Positions 6,427-12,049 of a stretch of 12,049 nucleotides of DNA are shown piece after piece (positions within the stretch are counted from its first letter, which is position 1; each line of letters opens with the position of its first letter). Origin of the DNA: an uncultured cyanobacterium (GTDB lineage: Bacteria > Cyanobacteriota > Cyanobacteriia > Leptolyngbyales > Leptolyngbyaceae); assembly GCA_963766075.1 (NCBI GenBank), contig CAVYAN010000112.1:1-12049 (forward strand), given 5' to 3'. The translations under genes were made by a program, and so were the position numbers. The notes beneath the pieces were generated by a model. It searched no databases. It saw nothing but the letters and a program-made list of their open reading frames with translations, and was not told where the DNA came from.

Positions 6427-7905
6427 ATGTATATTGTGCAAATTGCCTCGGAGTGCGCCCCGGTAATTAAAGCGGGTGGTTTAGGCGATGTCGTCTATGG
6501 ATTGAGCCGCGAGTTAGAGATGCGGGGGCACACCGTTGAGCTAATTTTGCCCATGTACGATTGCATGCGGTACGACCATATTTGGGGCCTGCATGATGCC
6601 TATAAGGATTTAGAGGTGCCCTGGTATGGCAGTACGATTCATTGCTCGGTTCACTGTGGCTGGGTCCATGGGCGGCTCTGCTTCTTTATCGAACCCCATT
6701 CCCGCGATCGCTTTTTCCATCGTGGCTACTACTACGGCGGCAGCGATGACAATATGCGCTTTGCCTTTTTCAGTAAGGCGGCGATCGAGTTTTTACACCG
6801 CAGCAATAAACGGCCCGATGTCATCCATTGCCACGACTGGCAGACCGGCTTAATCCCAGTACTGCTCTACGAGATTTACAAGTGGCACGGCATGGCCAAC
6901 CAGCGGATTGTCTACACCATTCACAATTTCAAGCACCAGGGCATCGCGGGTGCGGATGTTTTAGAGGCCACCGGACTGAATAATCCGGAATATTATTTTG
7001 ACTATTCGCGGCTACAGGACAACTTTAATCCCTTTGCGTTGAATATGATGAAGGGTGGGATTGTCTATGCCAACTATGTCAATACGGTATCGCCGCACCA
7101 TGCCTGGGAAGCTCGGTTTTCGGAGGTGGGCTGTGGGTTGGGTCACACGTTAGACCTGCATCAACATAAGTTTGGTGGCATCCTCAATGGGATTGATTAC
7201 ACCCTGTGGAATCCAGATGCCGATCCCCACACGGCGGCTCCCTACAGCATCGATACCTTCAGCGAAAAGGCCAAAAACAAAAAGGCGCTCCGCGATCGCC
7301 TCCTCCTCGCTGATAATGACAAGCCGATTATTTGCTTTGTGGGTCGTCTGGATGATCAAAAAGGCGTACATCTTGTCCACCATGCGATGTACTACGCGTT
7401 GAGTCGGGGGGCGCAGTTTGTGCTGCTCGGTTCTCCCACGGAAGCGGGGATTAGCTCTTGGTTCTGGCATGAGAAAGGGGTGTTAAACAGCAATCCCGAT
7501 TGCCATCTGGAACTGGGCTTCAATGAAGAATTGGCGCACCTGATCTATGCCGGGGCAGACATGATCGTGGTGCCCAGCAATTACGAGCCCTGTGGTCTCA
7601 CCCAAATGATTGGCTTGCGCTATGGTACGGTGCCGATTGTGCGCGGGGTGGGGGGGTTGGTCAGTACCGTGTTTGACTATGACTATGACCCCGACCATCC
7701 GATTGAAGAACGCAATGGCTTTGTGTTCTACCAGACGGATACGAATGCGCTGGAATCGGCCATGAACCGCGCCCTGGATCTCTGGACTCACAATCCCGAT
7801 TTGTTCCAGAAACTGGCCCTGCAGGGGATGGCGGGCGATTTGTCCTGGCATTTGCCTGGGGAAAAGTATGTGGCGGTTTATGAGTATGTGCGCCATAAGG
7901 AGTAG
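6427..7905 (+). CDS. glgA: Glycogen synthase (GT5; cyanobacterial GlgA2-type isoform)
   Basis: Starts MYIVQIASECAPVIKAGGLGDV (ADP-glucose-binding KxGGL). Also has DVIHCHDWQTG, YTIHN, GILNGID, VGRLDDQKG and VPSNYEPCGLTQMIGLRYGTVPIVRGVGGL. ATG 6427 is preferred over GTG 6382 because of the strong AGGGAGGAG at 6408-6416. 492 aa. Confidence 0.96.
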   Translation: MYIVQIASECAPVIKAGGLGDVVYGLSRELEMRGHTVELILPMYDCMRYDHIWGLHDAYKDLEVPWYGSTIHCSVHCGWVHGRLCFFIEPHSRDRFFHRGYYYGGSDDNMRFAFFSKAAIEFLHRSNKRPDVIHCHDWQTGLIPVLLYEIYKWHGMANQRIVYTIHNFKHQGIAGADVLEATGLNNPEYYFDYSRLQDNFNPFALNMMKGGIVYANYVNTVSPHHAWEARFSEVGCGLGHTLDLHQHKFGGILNGIDYTLWNPDADPHTAAPYSIDTFSEKAKNKKALRDRLLLADNDKPIICFVGRLDDQKGVHLVHHAMYYALSRGAQFVLLGSPTEAGISSWFWHEKGVLNSNPDCHLELGFNEELAHLIYAGADMIVVPSNYEPCGLTQMIGLRYGTVPIVRGVGGLVSTVFDYDYDPDHPIEERNGFVFYQTDTNALESAMNRALDLWTHNPDLFQKLALQGMAGDLSWHLPGEKYVAVYEYVRHKE

Positions 7906-7909
7906 CGTC

Positions 7910-7969
7910 GTTAGCGCCATCGGTGTTAGCGCCATCAGTGTTAGCGCCATCGATGTTAACACCATCGGT
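7910..7969. repeat. 15-bp tandem repeat x4 immediately after the glgA stop
   Basis: GTTAGCGCCATCGGT, GTTAGCGCCATCAGT, GTTAGCGCCATCGAT, GTTAACACCATCGGT. Confidence 0.95.
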
Positions 7970-8083
7970 CAACGCCCTTGCGGTAAGGCTGTATCACTAT
8001 GTCCTAGGTGGCCCGCCATGCTAATTGCGGCGTGGGCGAACCGCTCTGCGGCATTCTATCCTGCCTCTTTCGTCTGATCCCAA

Positions 8084-8111
8084 TACCCTGTACCCTATAG
8101 CCTGTACCCTG
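8084..8111. repeat. Heptamer tandem repeat x4 (STRR-like)
   Basis: TACCCTG TACCCTA TAGCCTG TACCCTG, 17 nt upstream of the murJ start. Short heptamer arrays are common in filamentous cyanobacteria. Confidence 0.85.
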
Positions 8112-8128
8112 CCGTTGGCTAACTCCCC

Positions 8129-9796
8129 GTGACTGAATCCAAAAAGTCTACCCGATCGCTGGCTGGAATTGCCGGAATTGTGGCGATCGCCACCTTGATT
8201 AGTAAGGTGTTTGGGCTGGTGCGCCAGATGGCGATCGCCGCTGCCTTTGGGGTAGGTCCCGCTGTCGGCGCGTATAACTTTGCCTATGTGATTCCAGGAT
8301 TCTTGCTGATTTTGCTGGGGGGGATTAATGGTCCTTTTCATAGTGCGATCGTCAGCACCCTCGCACGGCGGAAGCAAGAAGAAGTCGCCCCAATTATCGA
8401 AACGATTACCACCTTAGTCGTCGGCATTTTGCTGGTGGTCACGGTGGCCTTGGTGGTGTTTGCGGATCCCCTCATGCATCTGGTGGCTCCTGGACTCTAT
8501 ATTTCTCCGGCGGAAGCCGCTGCCCGCCATATTTCGGGCGAAAAGTTGCAAATTTTAATACAAACGAAGGAAATTGCCGTGCGGCAGTTTCAGATTATGG
8601 CTCCAATGGCGGTGCTGGCCGGTTTGATTGGCATTGGCTTCGGCACGCTGAATGCAGCGGATCAGTACTGGCTGCCGTCGATTAGTCCTCTCCTGTCAAG
8701 TGTCACTGTGCTGGTGGGGATTGGCCTCCTGGCGCTGCAGGTGGGTGACCATCTGAAAGCTCCCGAATATGCCATGATGGGCGGGGTAGTGCTGGCTTGG
8801 ACCACCTTAGCGGGGGCGGTGCTACAGTGGTTGGCCCAGCTCCCGGCCCAATGGAAATCTGGACTAGGTGGGCTGCGGCTGCGATTCAATTTTCGGGATC
8901 CGGATGTGCAAACGGTGCTGCGGGTGATGGGACCGGCCACGTTTTCGTCAGGCATGTTGCAGATTAATGTCTGGACGGATTTGTTTTTTGCCTCCTTTAT
9001 TCCCAATGCGGCGGCAGCGGTGTCGGCGATGGGCTATGCCGGATTGCTGGTGCAGACGCCCTTGGGCATTTTGTCGAATGTGATTTTGGTGCCGCTCCTG
9101 CCGGTGTTTTCTAAACTGGCTGAACCGGAAAATTGGCCGGAACTGAAGCAGCGCATTCGTCAAGGGCTACTGCTGACAGCGGTAACGATGCTGCCTTTAA
9201 GTGCACTGATGATTACGCTCGCGATGCCCATGGTGCAGGTGGTTTATCAGCGCTATGCCTTTGATGCGGAGGCGTCACAGGTGACAGCGGCGGTGTTGAT
9301 GGCCTACGCCTTTGGCATGTTTGTCTACCTGGGCCGAGATGTCGTGGTGCGCGTATTCTACGCCTTGGGGGATGGGGATACGCCGTTTCGGATTAGTATT
9401 TTGAATATTTTCCTGAATGGGCTATTTGATTATTTCTTAGTGGGTCCGTTCGGGGCACCGGGGTTGGTCTTGGCAACGGTGGGGGTCAATGTGATTTCGT
9501 TGGTGATGCTACTGGCGATTTTGCATCGGCGATTGGGCGGGTTGCCGCTGCGGGCATTGACGGTGCCCACGGCGGGGTTAACGCTGACGAGTTTTCTGGC
9601 TGGGGTGGCGTGCTGGGGCGTGTTGGGAGCGCTGCAACACTGGGTTGGGGGATCAGGATTTTTGATCTATTTGGTGCAGTTGACGGTGGCGGGAGGGGTC
9701 GGACTGCTGGTGTTTGCGATCGCCTCTCTGCCCCTTAATATTCCGGAAGTAGCGATCATGGGCGATCGGCTTCGCGAAAAGCTGTGGCGGCGATAG
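8129..9796 (+). CDS. murJ: Lipid II flippase MurJ (MviN)
   Basis: 555-aa polytopic protein with GTG start. Motifs ATLISKVFGLVRQMAIAAAFGVG, AYVIPGFLLILLGGINGPFHSA, QINVWTDLFFASF, YAGLLVQTPLGI and RVFYALGDGDTPFRIS. Confidence 0.94.
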   Translation: MTESKKSTRSLAGIAGIVAIATLISKVFGLVRQMAIAAAFGVGPAVGAYNFAYVIPGFLLILLGGINGPFHSAIVSTLARRKQEEVAPIIETITTLVVGILLVVTVALVVFADPLMHLVAPGLYISPAEAAARHISGEKLQILIQTKEIAVRQFQIMAPMAVLAGLIGIGFGTLNAADQYWLPSISPLLSSVTVLVGIGLLALQVGDHLKAPEYAMMGGVVLAWTTLAGAVLQWLAQLPAQWKSGLGGLRLRFNFRDPDVQTVLRVMGPATFSSGMLQINVWTDLFFASFIPNAAAAVSAMGYAGLLVQTPLGILSNVILVPLLPVFSKLAEPENWPELKQRIRQGLLLTAVTMLPLSALMITLAMPMVQVVYQRYAFDAEASQVTAAVLMAYAFGMFVYLGRDVVVRVFYALGDGDTPFRISILNIFLNGLFDYFLVGPFGAPGLVLATVGVNVISLVMLLAILHRRLGGLPLRALTVPTAGLTLTSFLAGVACWGVLGALQHWVGGSGFLIYLVQLTVAGGVGLLVFAIASLPLNIPEVAIMGDRLREKLWRR

Positions 9797-9851
9797 TGCA
9801 CGGGTGGCCACGCGGTTTAGGGATCCAGAGGAACGTTCAAAATTCGCGATG

Positions 9852-9881
9852 TACCAGGCTTTCCAGTCCCAGGCTTTCCAG
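9852..9881. repeat. 15-bp direct repeat x2 between convergent stop codons
   Basis: TACCAGGCTTTCCAG (9852-9866) and TCCCAGGCTTTCCAG (9867-9881), 14/15 identical. Confidence 0.85.
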
Positions 9882-9893
9882 ATGCGCCGTCAA

Positions 9894-12049
9894 CTAATCG
9901 GGTGGGTGGGTGGTGAGATAATCATGTAGGCGATCGCGCCCTTGCTTGAGCAAGTCTACAAGATCCAAATCCCACAGCAGTACACCACCCTGCTCACTGG
10001 CGCTGATCAGCGTATTCCCCTGCCGATCAAACCGGACACTTTGAATCGGACCCACCTCACTTCCCAAGGTCTTGAGCAGCTCGCCCCGATCTGCATCCCA
10101 CAGGCGCACCGTCTGATCCAAACTGCCAGACGCCAGGACTCTACCATTGGGGCTAAAAGCCACGCTAGTGACGCTGTCAGTATGCCCAGAAAGGGTTTTG
10201 CGGAGCCTGCCCTGGCTATCCCAGAGTTTAATCGTATTGTCCCAACTGGCCGAGGCAATGTGTTGGCCATCGGGGCTGTAGCTGAGCGCGGCGATCGCCA
10301 ATCCATGCTGGCCTAACACCTTAATTGGGGTCCCATCCGCCTGCCACAGCCGTAGGGTCTTGTCGAAACTGCCAGAGGCAATCTGCCGCCCATCCGGGCT
10401 AAACTGTACCGCCGAAACCGTGTCTGTATGACCATCCAGGGTTTTGATCAGGCTGCCACTGGCAATATTCCACAGCTTTACCGAACGATCCGCACTGCCT
10501 GTGACTAAGGTGTTACCATCGGGGCTAACGTCCAGGGCGGTCGTCTGTCCCGAAACCGTGACGAATGTCTTTTTCAGCGTTCCATCCGGCAATGACCAGA
10601 TCTTGATGGTTTTATCAGCACTCGCTGTGACCAAGATGTTACCCACAGGATTAAAACCTAGGGCTGTAATCGGGGCAGTATGGCCGCTCAGAATCCGGAT
10701 CGGCGGGCTGGCATTCGTGGCGGTTCGCAGCCAAATATACACCTTCGCATCCCAACCTGCCGCCGCAAAAACCTGATTGTCGGGGCTAAAACTGGCCACG
10801 TTAGCCCCCGGGCCGTAGGGTTGAAATCGGTTAGGCATCGCCCATAGGCTAGCGGTTTTATCAGTGCTGGCCGTAGCCAGGGTGGTGCCATCGGGACTCA
10901 TGCCAACGCCATTAATTTCAGCGGTGTGGGCTTGGAAAACCTGGAGGGTTTCCCCGCTCAAATTCCAGCGGCGCAGGGTGCGATCGCTGCTGACAGAAAC
11001 CACTTGCTGACCATCGGGACTAAACGCCACCGCATTCACCTGATCGCGATGCCCGCTAAAGCGGCGAATCAGTCTGCCATTCAGGCCATAGAGCTTCAGC
11101 GTACTGTCTCCGCTGGCGGCAATCAGCAGCTTACCATCAGGACTAAAGGCCAGGGAGGTGACTCGGTCTTTGCCCGTATTGATCGCCCGAAAAGGGGTGA
11201 CCGTTTTGCCGTTCAGCCGCCAGAAATAGATGGCCCCGGTTTCATCCGCACCCACAATCCATTGACCATTGGGGCTAAACGTCACGCTATTCACCCAGCC
11301 TTTGGCTCCGGTCAACGTCCGCCAGCCTTGAACCGCTAAGGCATTTCCCGTGGGATCCAGTCGCCACAGTTTGACGGTTTTATCGCGACTGGCGGTGGCC
11401 AGCAATGAACCCTGGGGATTAAAGTGGGCGCTAGTGGTCCAATCCTGATGGCCGCGAATTGTATGCAGCACTGTGCCGTCGGCATTCCAAAGCTTCACGG
11501 TGCGATCGCCACTGGTTGTTGCCAGGTACTGACCATCGGCACTGAAAACAACTTGGGTCACCCGATCCGTATGCCCAGACAGTTCGCGAATCAGCGTGCC
11601 ATTGCGTTGCCACAGTCTCACCGTTTTGTCATCGCTGGCGGTGGCGATGCGATCGCCCTTGGGACTAAACGCCACGGCATTCACCCGATTGCGATGGCCA
11701 TCGAGGCGATTCACAATCGGGGCGCGATCCAATGCCTGTTGCAGAGAACCAATGGCTTTCATTTCCGTGGCGATCGGCACGCCCCCAAATGGACCCGACT
11801 GAAGCTGCTGTAATTTTTGGGCCGCATCCAGGCCGGCCAGTGCACTTTCTAAGGGCTGATGGGAGAGCAATAGCGCTTCCGAAGAAGCCGCTAGAGCTTC
11901 CACGGCCTTCAATTCAGCACTGCGCTGTTGGACATAGGCAAATCCCGCAAAGCCGCAGGCCACCGTACCGAGTCCGCCAATGACAACCGCCGTGATTTGG
12001 GCACGACGCAGACGATGCTGGGCCGTTCGCTGCTGCTGTTGGCGCTGAT
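9894..12049 (-). CDS. WD40-repeat protein, C-terminal part (5'-truncated by the window): TM helix plus 14 WD40 repeats
   Basis: The frame stays open upstream of GTG 11963 to the window edge (QRQQQQRTAQHRLRRAQITAVVIGGLGTVACGFAGFAYV), so the true start is outside the window. There are 14 repeats of the GH...V..VAFSPDG..LA(S/T)AS.D.TV(K/R)LW type and a C-terminal LDLVDLLKQG...HDYL cap. Confidence 0.93.
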   Translation of the reverse strand, partial: QRQQQQRTAQHRLRRAQITAVVIGGLGTVACGFAGFAYVQQRSAELKAVEALAASSEALLLSHQPLESALAGLDAAQKLQQLQSGPFGGVPIATEMKAIGSLQQALDRAPIVNRLDGHRNRVNAVAFSPKGDRIATASDDKTVRLWQRNGTLIRELSGHTDRVTQVVFSADGQYLATTSGDRTVKLWNADGTVLHTIRGHQDWTTSAHFNPQGSLLATASRDKTVKLWRLDPTGNALAVQGWRTLTGAKGWVNSVTFSPNGQWIVGADETGAIYFWRLNGKTVTPFRAINTGKDRVTSLAFSPDGKLLIAASGDSTLKLYGLNGRLIRRFSGHRDQVNAVAFSPDGQQVVSVSSDRTLRRWNLSGETLQVFQAHTAEINGVGMSPDGTTLATASTDKTASLWAMPNRFQPYGPGANVASFSPDNQVFAAAGWDAKVYIWLRTATNASPPIRILSGHTAPITALGFNPVGNILVTASADKTIKIWSLPDGTLKKTFVTVSGQTTALDVSPDGNTLVTGSADRSVKLWNIASGSLIKTLDGHTDTVSAVQFSPDGRQIASGSFDKTLRLWQADGTPIKVLGQHGLAIAALSYSPDGQHIASASWDNTIKLWDSQGRLRKTLSGHTDSVTSVAFSPNGRVLASGSLDQTVRLWDADRGELLKTLGSEVGPIQSVRFDRQGNTLISASEQGGVLLWDLDLVDLLKQGRDRLHDYLTTHPPD

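Larger units (their letters stand above)
944..11656. repeat. Dispersed HIP1 octamers (GCGATCGC)
   Basis: Exact copies counted by eye starting at 944, 1959, 2632, 3714, 3840, 4203, 5621, 6704, 7292, 8183, 8231, 9716, 9930, 10291, 10980, 11502 and 11649. Fewer than one would be expected by chance in 12 kb. This is a cyanobacterial hallmark. Confidence 0.93.

Noticed and set aside
7483..7972. Minus-strand ORFs with pentapeptide-like starts (TDGAN repeats; MALT repeats)
   Set aside because: These are translations of the 15-bp DNA repeat running antisense into glgA, with no independent coding evidence.
7991..8004. NtcA-like site GTA-N8-TCC upstream of murJ
   Set aside because: It mismatches the TAC half-site and has no -10 element at the usual distance downstream.
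8011..8037. GC-rich hairpin as an intrinsic terminator
   Set aside because: The stem needs two bulges and is not followed by a U-tract.
9894..11700. Hypervariable or DGR-like diversification of the WD40 repeats
   Set aside because: The repeats are highly diverged from each other, and there is no template/variable repeat pair or reverse transcriptase in the window.

Overview
A cyanobacterial chromosomal window: I count 17 exact HIP1 octamers (GCGATCGC) in 12 kb. On the minus strand are a type IIA topoisomerase A subunit (GyrA/ParC-like, no intact GyrA-box), an AlgI/PatA-type MBOAT O-acyltransferase and an overlapping SGNH-like partner. Divergently, on the plus strand, are a DivK-like single-domain response regulator split by a frameshift in a G7 run, a 108-aa 'hypothetical', glycogen synthase (glgA) and murJ. 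The window ends with a convergent, 5'-truncated membrane-anchored protein with 14 WD40 repeats. The best lead is the 108-aa protein. By eye it aligns with a stand-alone NusG N-terminal (NGN) domain with no KOW domain. It is preceded by a perfect cyanobacterial LexA-box match and followed by a 16/15-bp tandem array. The divergent topoisomerase/divK spacer is framed by an inverted repeat overlapping both ribosome-binding sites and contains a 17-18-bp direct-repeat triplet. Four intergenic regions carry unrelated repeats with 15-bp period. All homology calls come from motif recognition, not database searches.
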